NCBI GenBank assembly: GCA_965116735.1
Contig: OZ220712.1
Location: forward strand, 181,907-245,906
DNA length: 64,000 nt
Direction: 5' to 3'
From: Thermodesulfobacteriota bacterium
GTDB lineage: Bacteria; Desulfobacterota; Binatia; UBA9968; JAJDTQ01
The notes under the pieces were generated by a model. It was not told the origin of the DNA. It saw only the letters and a program-made list of their open reading frames with translations, and made no database searches. Shown here piece by piece: positions 27,060 to 35,522 of this stretch. Position 1 is the stretch's first letter. Each line of letters opens with the position of its first letter. The position numbers and the translations under genes were made by a program.

Positions 27060-28010
27060 TTACGCCGCGGCTTCCTCCGGCAGCGGATAGTTCTCGCACA
27101 GCTTGCGCCACCGTTGCGCGATGGCCTTGGCCTCGGCCCGGGTCTCGTCGGTGGTCACCCGGAAAGGCGGCCTGCCGGGCCCGGCGTAGCAGTAGCCCGC
27201 CTCGTTGATGGCGATCTTGCTCTCCACCGGGTCGGTCTCGCTCGGGTCACGCCCGCCGACCCGCGCCATGGCCATGCAGATCTCCTTGACCTCGTCCCAC
27301 CGTCCGTCGCGCCCGGCCCGGTAGGCCCGCACCACCGGCGACGGCCCCATCCACGCGTTGATGGACCAGCACCCGGCGGCCCCTAACATCATGTACGGGT
27401 ACATCTGGTTCTGGTTGGTCATGACGCTGATCCGCCCCCGGACGATGTCCATGAGCTGCATGAACTGCATGGGGGTCCGGTGGCTGTCCTTCATGCCGAC
27501 GATGTTGGGGCTCGTGACGAGCTCCTTGAACGCCGACACCGGGATGTGGATGTGGTGGTTGCGCGGGTTGTGGTAGATGAAGATGCCCAGCTCGGGGTGC
27601 TCGTCGGCAAGGTCGAAGTAGAACTGTACGGCGTTGGCGACGCTAGACTTGAAGTAGAACGGAACCCCCACCAGTACTGCGTCGGCGCCGGCCTTGGCGG
27701 CATACTCCATCTTCAGCAGCACCTCCCGCGTGTGCAGGCTGGTGCAGCCGATGACCACCGGTATGCGCCTGTCCACCGTGGCGACGGTGGCGTCCGCCAG
27801 GGTCGTGAACTCCTCCCACAACAGGGTATGACACTCGCCGAACGTGCCGGTGGTGGCGATGACGCCGATGCCGTCGCGCACCGCCTGGTCCACGCTGCGC
27901 TCGAGCTCTGGAACGTTGACCGTGTTCGTGGCGCGCGGAGAGTTGGCGTCCTCGGTTGCGAAGGACGGCATCATGGCCATCACGCCGCGGATGTCACTGG
28001 CTTGGATCAT
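27060..28010 (-). CDS. DapA/NAL-superfamily class I aldolase, atypical long type (possible hydratase-aldolase)
   Basis: ..GTFGECHTLLWEEF.. and ..NIVGMKDSH.. (putative Schiff-base Lys). Close paralogue of 34456..35415. Confidence 0.8.
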   Translation of the reverse strand: MIQASDIRGVMAMMPSFATEDANSPRATNTVNVPELERSVDQAVRDGIGVIATTGTFGECHTLLWEEFTTLADATVATVDRRIPVVIGCTSLHTREVLLKMEYAAKAGADAVLVGVPFYFKSSVANAVQFYFDLADEHPELGIFIYHNPRNHHIHIPVSAFKELVTSPNIVGMKDSHRTPMQFMQLMDIVRGRISVMTNQNQMYPYMMLGAAGCWSINAWMGPSPVVRAYRAGRDGRWDEVKEICMAMARVGGRDPSETDPVESKIAINEAGYCYAGPGRPPFRVTTDETRAEAKAIAQRWRKLCENYPLPEEAAA

Positions 28011-28259
28011 GGCTTCTTCCTCTCTTCGGACGGTGGGCTTCGGACGGCTTGGGGTTGGCGTTCGCTCGTGTGGAAAGGCGCGGCCGTCCTGATCGCGCGC
28101 CACGCTATCAAGTCGCCATACGGGTGTCAATGCACTTGTCGGCCAGGGCCCGGCCGACTCGCCCCGGAGCCGCGTTGACAGGTCTTCCGGAGCCGATGTA
28201 TAGGCCGGGTGTGTGAACTTCGCCGGCGGGAAAACATCGCGAGCCGGGAGGCGGATGTT

Positions 28260-29594
28260 ATGCGCAAGTTCCTGAGATGCGGATACCTGTTCGACGGCTT
28301 GAGCGACGACCTCAACGCCGATCAGACCGTCGTCGTCGAGGACGGCTTGATCGGCTACGTGGGACCGACGGCGGAGGCGCCGCCGGCCCGCGACGGCGAT
28401 GCGGTCATGGACCATTCCGGGGCGTGGGTGCTTCCCGGCCTGATCGATATCCACGTCCACCTGAGCTACGGGAACGCCCAGGCCAACGAGGACGTGGACA
28501 TGTTCGCGCCGGCCGAATACCGTGCGTTGCGCGGCATGCACGCGGCGAGACAGGTCCTCAATGCCGGCTACACGTCGCTGGCCGATCCCGCCTCCACCTA
28601 CCGGGTAGCGGCGGCGGTGCGCGACGCCATCCATGCCGGGATGTTCCAGGGGCCGCGGATCACCTGCGCGGGGCGCCAGGTGACGGCGCGGCAGGGGCTG
28701 GGCGATTGGTACCCCACGTGGATAGGCGTGCCCGAGAGCTCCGTCGGCGTGCTGGTGCGAAGCCTCGACGAGGCCGTCGAGGAGATACGCTCCCAGGTCA
28801 AGGACCGCATGGACATCGTCAAGTTCGCCGTGGACGGGCTACAGCGGAACGGCTCCGGCGAGCTGATGTCAGGTTTCAACCAGGCGGAGATGAGCGCCAT
28901 GGTGGAGGAGTGCCACCGCCTCGGCGTCAAGACCATTGCCCACGCGCGCGGACGCGAAGCGGTGCTCTACTCGGCCCGGGCCGGCGTCGACGTCATCTTC
29001 CACGCCTTCGAGATGGACGACGAGGGCCTGGAGGAAGTCGTCAGGAACGGCTGCGTGCTCTCGCCCGCCCTGACCTTCCTGGTCAACACCGTCGAGTTTA
29101 CCCGCCCGGGCGACCCCTGCTACAAGTGGCGCCCCAACATGAACCGCAAGGACGTCGAGACCGCCGCCCGGATGCTGGTGAAGGCCAGGGAGGCGGGCGT
29201 TCCCTTCATGGTCGGGACCGACAGCGGATTCGCGGTCACGCCCTACGGTGAATGGCACGCGCGCGAGCTTGAGATCATGGTCGAGCACCTCGGCTTCACG
29301 CCGGCGGAAGCGCTCAAAGCGACAACCAGCGGCAACTCGGGACTGTTGCGGGAAGGCGATGCCGTCGGCCGTGTGGTCCCGGGCGCGCTGGCGGACCTGA
29401 CCGTGGTCGCCGAGAACCCGTTGGAGGACATCTCCTGCCTCCTGCGTTCAGAGAACATCACGCACGTCTATCTCGGCGGGGAGCCCGTCGACCTCGCTCC
29501 GATCCCGGAAGCCAAGCCGTACAGTTGGGAACAGTCGTTCCGCCAGTGGGGCGAGGTCTACACCCGCGAGCGGGTGGCGGAACTGGCACGCTGA
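28260..29594 (+). CDS. metal-dependent amidohydrolase (Amidohydro_1)
   Basis: ..LPGLIDIHVHL.. motif. GGGAGG RBS. Confidence 0.85.
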   Translation: MRKFLRCGYLFDGLSDDLNADQTVVVEDGLIGYVGPTAEAPPARDGDAVMDHSGAWVLPGLIDIHVHLSYGNAQANEDVDMFAPAEYRALRGMHAARQVLNAGYTSLADPASTYRVAAAVRDAIHAGMFQGPRITCAGRQVTARQGLGDWYPTWIGVPESSVGVLVRSLDEAVEEIRSQVKDRMDIVKFAVDGLQRNGSGELMSGFNQAEMSAMVEECHRLGVKTIAHARGREAVLYSARAGVDVIFHAFEMDDEGLEEVVRNGCVLSPALTFLVNTVEFTRPGDPCYKWRPNMNRKDVETAARMLVKAREAGVPFMVGTDSGFAVTPYGEWHARELEIMVEHLGFTPAEALKATTSGNSGLLREGDAVGRVVPGALADLTVVAENPLEDISCLLRSENITHVYLGGEPVDLAPIPEAKPYSWEQSFRQWGEVYTRERVAELAR

Positions 29595-29602
29595 AGCAGG
29601 CC

Positions 29603-29935
29603 CTAGCCGGCCGGCCTTGTTGCCATGCGCTCGACGTCGGCGATGGTGGCGCCGTCCAGCCGGAAAGCCCGGTGCGGGTTCCACTCCAGGACTTCCATCG
29701 TTCGAATACCTTTCGCGTGGTGCGGGTCCTGGGCGGCGATAGTCTCCGCTTCGTCCAGGCTAGACGCCAGCATGACATAGATACCGTAGTCACGATCCGA
29801 GGTCGGCCCGGAAAAGAGCAGCCTTCCAGCCCGGTGCTGGTCGTCCAGCCACACCCGGTGGTCCTCGTAGTTGAGTCGCTTCGCCTCTTCCATTTCGGGC
29901 AGGGAGTGAGAGAGCACGAGATACCACATGGTCAT
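29603..29935 (-). CDS. YciI-family protein
   Basis: 110 aa, ..HRVWLDDQHRAGRLLFSGP.. and ..DP..KG.. pattern. Confidence 0.75.
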   Translation of the reverse strand: MTMWYLVLSHSLPEMEEAKRLNYEDHRVWLDDQHRAGRLLFSGPTSDRDYGIYVMLASSLDEAETIAAQDPHHAKGIRTMEVLEWNPHRAFRLDGATIADVERMATRPAG

Positions 29936-29967
29936 GTCTCCTTCACGGATGTCTGTTTCGATGGTCG

Positions 29968-30153
29968 CTAGTGTCGTGTCCCGTAATTTCCTGGCATAAG
30001 TTGCGCAGGATGTTTTGTCGTCGGCAAGGCGCGATGACGAGTGGGGGCGACCGTAGGTCGCCCCAGGGCGGGCACCACGCGAGGAAGAGCAACGCAGCCG
30101 ACGGCGAAAAAGACCAGCAAATTATGCCAGGAAATTACGGGACACGACACTAG
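29968..30153. mobile_element. MITE copy 2 (186 bp; carries a nested REP-B hairpin)
   Basis: Perfect 32-bp termini ctagtgtcgtgtcccgtaatttcctggcataa. The right CTAG supplies the TAG stop of the minus-strand gene 30150..30992. Confidence 0.85.
30043..30064. repeat. REP family B unit nested inside MITE copy 2
   Basis: gggggcgaccgtaggtcgcccc is present only in this MITE copy and accounts for its extra length. Confidence 0.75.
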
Positions 30154-30992
30154 CTCGAACGCAGGGTGTAGGTCACTTGCAGGCGCTCCGCACCGTAGTA
30201 CTCGCTCAGGAACTCTGCCTGGCTCTCATAGCCGCGGTTCGGAACCAGCCGCCCCTGGAATGACACCGGCAACGGATCGACATCGAAGGGGTAGGGTGTG
30301 ACCACGGCGTTCCATTCGTCCCGTATTGCGAACGACAGCACTGCGTCCTCGCGGCCGGGACGCACCGGCGCGGCGATGCCGCTCAGCGTGGGGCTCGGTC
30401 CGTTCTTTCGGTGGGTGGCGTTGAACGGATAGCGGTTGCAGATGAACTGGCCCATCTGGTCGTAGATCTCCATCAGCTTGAAATTCGTCCATAGCTGTTT
30501 GTCCGACACGCAGTCGCGATACTCCGACGACTCCTTCAGCCCCGCCATCAGCCCTTCGCGGTAGCCCTCCTGCTCCCGCAGGAACTCGCGGACCTCGGGA
30601 TGGACCGTATAGTCGGGCATGTAGGAGAGCAGTCCCTTCCCCTGGCTCAACAGGGCCTCGGCGTGCAGCGAGACGATATAACCCGCGTAGGCGTCCTGCT
30701 CCGCCAGCCGCGTGATGCCGTTCCGGTAGAATTCCAGCCATACGCCCATTCCCAGGTGCCGGATGCTGCCGATGTAGTCGGGCGGCAACCCCTCGTCGTT
30801 GAGCTGCGGCTTGATCTCCCAGTCCCACCACCCCGTATCGTGTTCCTGTGCCGCCAGCACCATCGCTGCGTAAGGCGAAGGCCGCGCGAACTCGTCGTTG
30901 CCCCAGTGCGCGGCCAGCCATCCGGTCACACGGGAGTGGTCCACCTGAAGAATCAGCAACAGGCGCTCGTCGTCATAGGGGCAAACCATCAT
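30150..30992 (-). CDS. DUF3891-family protein
   Basis: ..LQVDHSRVTGWLAAHWGNDEF.. N-terminal signature. Start taken at the MM at 30992. Confidence 0.7.
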   Translation of the reverse strand: MMVCPYDDERLLLILQVDHSRVTGWLAAHWGNDEFARPSPYAAMVLAAQEHDTGWWDWEIKPQLNDEGLPPDYIGSIRHLGMGVWLEFYRNGITRLAEQDAYAGYIVSLHAEALLSQGKGLLSYMPDYTVHPEVREFLREQEGYREGLMAGLKESSEYRDCVSDKQLWTNFKLMEIYDQMGQFICNRYPFNATHRKNGPSPTLSGIAAPVRPGREDAVLSFAIRDEWNAVVTPYPFDVDPLPVSFQGRLVPNRGYESQAEFLSEYYGAERLQVTYTLRSS

Positions 30993-31133
30993 GGCCGTAT
31001 CTCCTTCCTGGCTGCGGTCGGGCCTCCGTTCCGCCACCGCAAAGGCTGGGTCCAGATTGAAGAAATCTCCGTTGTCTTGTACCTTCGATGGAGGTCCACT
31101 ATCAACCTGCGGCATGGCGGCACAGAGGGATAC

Positions 31134-32030
31134 ATGGCCTTCATCGTAAGCGAGAAACTGTCAGCCTATGATCCAGACATCCAACTCGCCGAGTCGATGA
31201 TACTCCTCGGGGACGCCCAACATGTCCTCTCCCGTTTGCCTCGCGAATCTGTCCAGTGTGTGGTGACGTCGCCGCCCTACTGGGGTCTAAGGGACTACGA
31301 TATCAAGGATCAGATCGGACTGGAGCCGACGCTTCCACAGTTCGTCAACCGCCTCATCGCCGTTTTTCAAGAAGTCAAACGAGTTCTGAAACCGGGCGGG
31401 ACCTTCTGGTTGAACGTGGGGGATGGCTATACGAGCGGGAACCGGACTTGGCGTGCTCCTGACAAGAAGAACCGCGCCCGCGCAATGTCTGTGCGCCCTG
31501 AGACACCGGACGGTCTCAAGCCAAAGGATCTGATAGGGGTTCCATGGCGTCTCGCGCTGGCACTTCAGGAAGATGGCTGGTACCTGCGTAGTGACATCGT
31601 CTGGCACAAGCCCAACGCCATGCCCGAAAGCGTGAAGGATCGTCCGACACGAGCCCACGAGTACATTTTTCTATTCACCAGAAGCGAGCGCTACTACTAC
31701 GACCACGACGCAATCAAGGAGCCCGGTGGCAATGGCGCGCGCAAGCGCAATCGCCGGTCGGTATGGGATGTGAACACAGAGCCGACCAAGGATGCCCACT
31801 TCGCGACGTTTCCACCTAAACTGATCGAACCTTGTATCCTCGCGGGGAGCCGTCCCGGCGACTACGTGTTGGACCCATTCTTCGGTACCGGTACGGTGGG
31901 TCTTGTCTGCCAGAAGACCGGCAGGAAATACATCGGAATCGAGCTGCATCCGGAATACGTCGAACTGGCGGCGGGCCGTTTGTCGAAGCACGAACGGCAA
32001 CTTGAGCTCAACCTGAGAAGTCCGCGATGA
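31134..32030 (+). CDS. DNA methyltransferase, beta class (N4-cytosine or N6-adenine; the SPPY motif favours m4C)
   Basis: Motif IV TSPPYW comes before motif I DPFFGTGT. AGAGGGA RBS. Confidence 0.9.
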   Translation: MAFIVSEKLSAYDPDIQLAESMILLGDAQHVLSRLPRESVQCVVTSPPYWGLRDYDIKDQIGLEPTLPQFVNRLIAVFQEVKRVLKPGGTFWLNVGDGYTSGNRTWRAPDKKNRARAMSVRPETPDGLKPKDLIGVPWRLALALQEDGWYLRSDIVWHKPNAMPESVKDRPTRAHEYIFLFTRSERYYYDHDAIKEPGGNGARKRNRRSVWDVNTEPTKDAHFATFPPKLIEPCILAGSRPGDYVLDPFFGTGTVGLVCQKTGRKYIGIELHPEYVELAAGRLSKHERQLELNLRSPR

Positions 32031-33148
32031 TCAACCTACCCGGTCCCCAACTTCAGATCGATTTCTCCAGGTCACTGAAAACAATCCGAAACCAGATGTT
32101 GCAGCAGGCGCTCCTGGCAACCGTCCGGGATGCCTCTCTTGAAGAGATTGACGCGGAACTTCGCGAGTATGCGACCGAGGAGGATCTCAAGCGCCTTGCC
32201 GCGCATGGCCTCAGGGGCGAGCTTTCCGGTTCCTTGTCTGCTCCGCCGAAACCCCCGGCTTCTGGGCTACTACAGGCTGCTGCTCGGTTTCAGCCAGAAG
32301 GCATTCTACGGCAGCGGCGGTGGTGCGGGTCCATTCAAGAGCATGGAGGACAGCGGTACGTTGTCCACTCACCAGGACGAGTCCCTGCACGATCTCTGCG
32401 GGGCGATGGTTGGTTGTGCATCGCTGCTGCTGGAGGCGTTCGACGAGGGAGATATCGAGCCTCAATTCCTCGATGACCTGACGCTGCTGACCCTGGGACC
32501 GCAACTGCGAGGCGGGGCGAACGTCAGAAAGGGCAGCGCGGGGATCGTGGTGGTCTTCGACGCTATCCGGGAAGTGGTCAAGGGGAACATACGAAAACAG
32601 AGCAGCAGACGCCTCGACATAAACAACGCTTCAGGCCGGAAGGTGACGATACAGTTCGCCGCTGATCCCGACATCGTCATCATGGAGCAAATGACTCCCG
32701 AGGTGCACCGAAACGTCATTGCCATAGAGGTCAAATCAGGTACGGACTTCTCCAACATCCACAACCGGATCGGCGAGGCCGAGAAGAGTCACCAGAAGGC
32801 TAGTGTCCTGTCTCACGTAATTCTTTACTAAGATGCGCAGGATTTTTTGTTGTCGGCAAGGCGCGATGACGAGCAGTGGCGGGCACCACGCGAGGAAGAG
32901 CAACGCAGCCGACGACAAAAAAGACCAGCAGATTAGTAAAGAATTACGTGGGACAGGACACTAGACAGGCGGGCTTCGTCGAATGTTGGACCATCGTCAA
33001 TGTCGACAAGATCGACCTGGAGATGGCGCGTCAGGAGTCCCCGTCTACCAATCGCTTCTACCGTATCTCCGAACTCAAGCGAGGCGAAGGCGACGAGTTT
33101 CGCGACTTTCGTTCCCGCGTACTCTCGCTGGTGGGAATTCCGGGCTGA
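32027..33148 (+). pseudogene. type II restriction endonuclease (PD-(D/E)XK; possibly XcyI/Cfr9I-like), inactivated by a frameshift and a MITE insertion
   Basis: ATGA-coupled start at 32027 and a frame change near 32215..32226. ..DPDIVIM..IAIEVKSG.. catalytic motif. The ORF runs into MITE copy 3, and deleting MITE + one CTAG joins it in frame to the tail ending at 33148. Confidence 0.65.
32800..32964. mobile_element. MITE copy 3 (165 bp; variant termini)
   Basis: ctagtgtcctgtctcacgtaattctttactaa ... ttagtaaagaattacgtgggacaggacactag. The core is near-identical to copies 1 and 2. Confidence 0.85.
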
Positions 33149-33159
33149 TCCGGAGCCGA

Positions 33160-34443
33160 TCACAGATCCGCCTGGCGGATCTCCCTCCTGAACGTCAACA
33201 GACCCAGCGTCGTGGCGACGCAGATGGCGGCGCCGGCGACGAGGGTCAGGGGGGCGCCGATCAATGCGGCGACGAAACCGGACTGCGCCTCTCCCAGGCT
33301 CGTGCCGCCCACTCCCAGCATCCGCTGGAAGCTCAGGACCCGTCCTCTCAGGTTGTCGGGAGTGTTGCTCTGGATGACGACGTTGCTGAGCAGCATCGGA
33401 AGGGTCTCGAAGAGGCCCAGCAGGAACACCGCCGCCATCGATAGCAGGAACCAGCCGGAATAAGCCAGCACGACCAGCGCAACGGCATAGGCGAAGATGC
33501 CGAACGCCGCCCAAAGCCCCTTGTAGCGAAGGTCGTTCACGGACAACACCATGGCGATGCCCAGGCTGGAGCCGGCGGCCGCGCCGGACAGCAGCAGGCC
33601 GAGGCCTTCGGCGCCGACGCCGAGGACGGCCACGAAGATGGGCAGAAGGGCCCGGTGGCTCCCGAAGTACACGGTCAGGACCTCGACGGATAGGAAGGCC
33701 CACACCTTGGACTCCCGGCGAACGAACGCGATGCCTTCCATCAGGCTTCGGAAGGGCGAGCCGGGCTCCTTGGATACCTTCGAAGTGTAGTGGACCGCTA
33801 TCACGAACAAGGCAGCCGACAGGAACACGGCGCCGTTCAGGGCGTAGGTGAGTCCGGAGCCGAGCCAGACGATGAGGAAGCCCGTCAGGACCGGGCCCCC
33901 GAGCTGCGACAGCTTCCGGGCCATGGCCGCGAGGGAGACGGCGTTGAGGAGCATCTCGCGCGGCACCAGTCCCGGCACCATGGCGTTGCGGGCGGGCGCG
34001 CCGAGGGCGTTCAACGCCGCGTTCATGAAGCCCCCGACATAGATGTGCCAGACCTCGATCAGGCCCGTGACCGCCAGGAACGCGAGGGTCGCATTCACGA
34101 CGCCGTTGCAGGTCTGCACCAGAATCACGAACCGGCGGCGGTCGATGCGGTCGGCCAGGACCCCGCCGATAGGCGAGAGCACGAAGACGGGAATCGCGCG
34201 CACCAGTCCGGTGAGCCCCAGGTGGAAGGCGGAGCCCGTCAACTCGTAGATGAGCCACAGCTCCAGGGTTCGCTGGATGTAGAAACCGAAGGACGTGGCC
34301 AGGATGGCCAGACACAACAGGCGGAAACCACGATGGACCAGTGCGCCGCGGGATGGCTTCAGTCTCGTGATCCTCCGTTTGCCTGTTTCGTTGTGACGGC
34401 GAGGGTTGCCGGAGCGGCCCGCGGGCCGCCCCGGCATTTGCAA
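33160..34443 (-). CDS. MFS transporter (EntS/MFS_3-like)
   Basis: Hydrophobic 12-TM-like ORF, paralogous to 17483..18799. Start uncertain. Confidence 0.8.
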   Translation of the reverse strand: MQMPGRPAGRSGNPRRHNETGKRRITRLKPSRGALVHRGFRLLCLAILATSFGFYIQRTLELWLIYELTGSAFHLGLTGLVRAIPVFVLSPIGGVLADRIDRRRFVILVQTCNGVVNATLAFLAVTGLIEVWHIYVGGFMNAALNALGAPARNAMVPGLVPREMLLNAVSLAAMARKLSQLGGPVLTGFLIVWLGSGLTYALNGAVFLSAALFVIAVHYTSKVSKEPGSPFRSLMEGIAFVRRESKVWAFLSVEVLTVYFGSHRALLPIFVAVLGVGAEGLGLLLSGAAAGSSLGIAMVLSVNDLRYKGLWAAFGIFAYAVALVVLAYSGWFLLSMAAVFLLGLFETLPMLLSNVVIQSNTPDNLRGRVLSFQRMLGVGGTSLGEAQSGFVAALIGAPLTLVAGAAICVATTLGLLTFRREIRQADL

Positions 34444-34455
34444 GGCAAGGGTCGG

Positions 34456-35415
34456 TTATGCGGCGGTGCGGCCGTTCTCGGCTTCCACCAGCGGGCGGTA
34501 ACGCTCGTTCATCTCCTGCCAGTGGGCCGCGCGCTTCCTGGCGCGGTCGATCTGGTTGTCCGGGAAATTGAGGAACGGCACCCGGGTGGGTCCCACCTTG
34601 CAGTAGTCCGAGTACTCCGCGGGCCGCTTGAAGCCTTCGCCCGGCACCGGCTTGCCTTGGCTGGCGACGTTGATGTCGGCGATGACCTCGGCGGCCTTGT
34701 CGTTCTCGCCGCGCCGCGCCAGGTTCCGCAGGTGCAGGATCGGCCACGGACCCATCCACACCTCGGTGGACCAGCAGCCGGCCGCGCCCATGCCGTAGTA
34801 GGGGTAGAGCTGGGTCTGGTTCACGAAGACGCTGATGCGGCCCTGGGTGATGCGCTGCAGGTTCATGAACGCGCTTGTCGTCCGGTGGCTGTCCTTCATG
34901 CCGATGATGCTGGGCTTCTTCACGAGTTCCTTGAACGCGCCCACCGGCAGCGTGAACTTGTGGTTGCCGGGGTTGTGGTAGACCATGATGTTGAGCGTCG
35001 GGAACAGGTCGGCGATGTCATGGTAGAAACGGATGGCGTCGTCCACCGGCAGGGTCTCGTAGTAGGGCACGCCCAGCAGCACCCCGTCCGCGGCCGTGTC
35101 CTTGACGAAGTTCATCTTCTGCACGACTTCCCGCGGGTTCGGGCTGGTGACGCCGATGAACAGCGGCACGCGCTTCTTGACCGTGTCCACGGCGGCGGTG
35201 GTGATGGTCCGGAACTCTTCCCACAAGAGGTTGTAGCACTCGCCGTAGGTCCCGGTGGTGGATATCACGTCGATGCCGTCCTTGATGATCCGGTCCACTC
35301 CCTCGGCCAGGTTGTCCACGGCGACGGTCTGGGTCGCGTTGATGTCGGTTGCGTCGTCGGTGGCGAAAGCGGGCATCATGCCCATGACTCCGCCCAGGTC
35401 CTTTGCGGTCAACAT
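34456..35415 (-). CDS. DapA/NAL-superfamily aldolase, atypical long type (paralogue of 27060..28010)
   Basis: ..GTYGECYNLLWEEF.. and ..IIGMKDSH.. Confidence 0.8.
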   Translation of the reverse strand: MLTAKDLGGVMGMMPAFATDDATDINATQTVAVDNLAEGVDRIIKDGIDVISTTGTYGECYNLLWEEFRTITTAAVDTVKKRVPLFIGVTSPNPREVVQKMNFVKDTAADGVLLGVPYYETLPVDDAIRFYHDIADLFPTLNIMVYHNPGNHKFTLPVGAFKELVKKPSIIGMKDSHRTTSAFMNLQRITQGRISVFVNQTQLYPYYGMGAAGCWSTEVWMGPWPILHLRNLARRGENDKAAEVIADINVASQGKPVPGEGFKRPAEYSDYCKVGPTRVPFLNFPDNQIDRARKRAAHWQEMNERYRPLVEAENGRTAA

Positions 35416-35522
35416 GAGATACCTCCTTGACTGAAACTGGATGCGGTGAATCCTGCTTTGGTGGAACTATACTCCCAAGAAAGCCCGTCTATCAATCGCG
35501 TGACGCCTGCGGAATCGGGCGC

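Noticed and set aside
29968-30153. 60-aa ORFs on both strands, and similar ORFs at 1902..2117 and 32736..32918
   Set aside because: They lie entirely within the MITE copies. Mirror-image ORFs are expected from a palindromic element.
32200-32230. Programmed ribosomal frameshift in the endonuclease gene
   Set aside because: I saw no slippery heptamer or downstream pseudoknot. The gene is independently broken by the MITE, so decay is the simpler explanation. An assembly indel still needs to be excluded.
32933-34759. 608-aa minus-strand ORF ending inside MITE copy 3
   Set aside because: It is out of frame with the convincing MFS (33160..34443) and DapA-like genes, gives an Arg/Pro/Gly-rich translation, and its C-terminus is simply MITE sequence.
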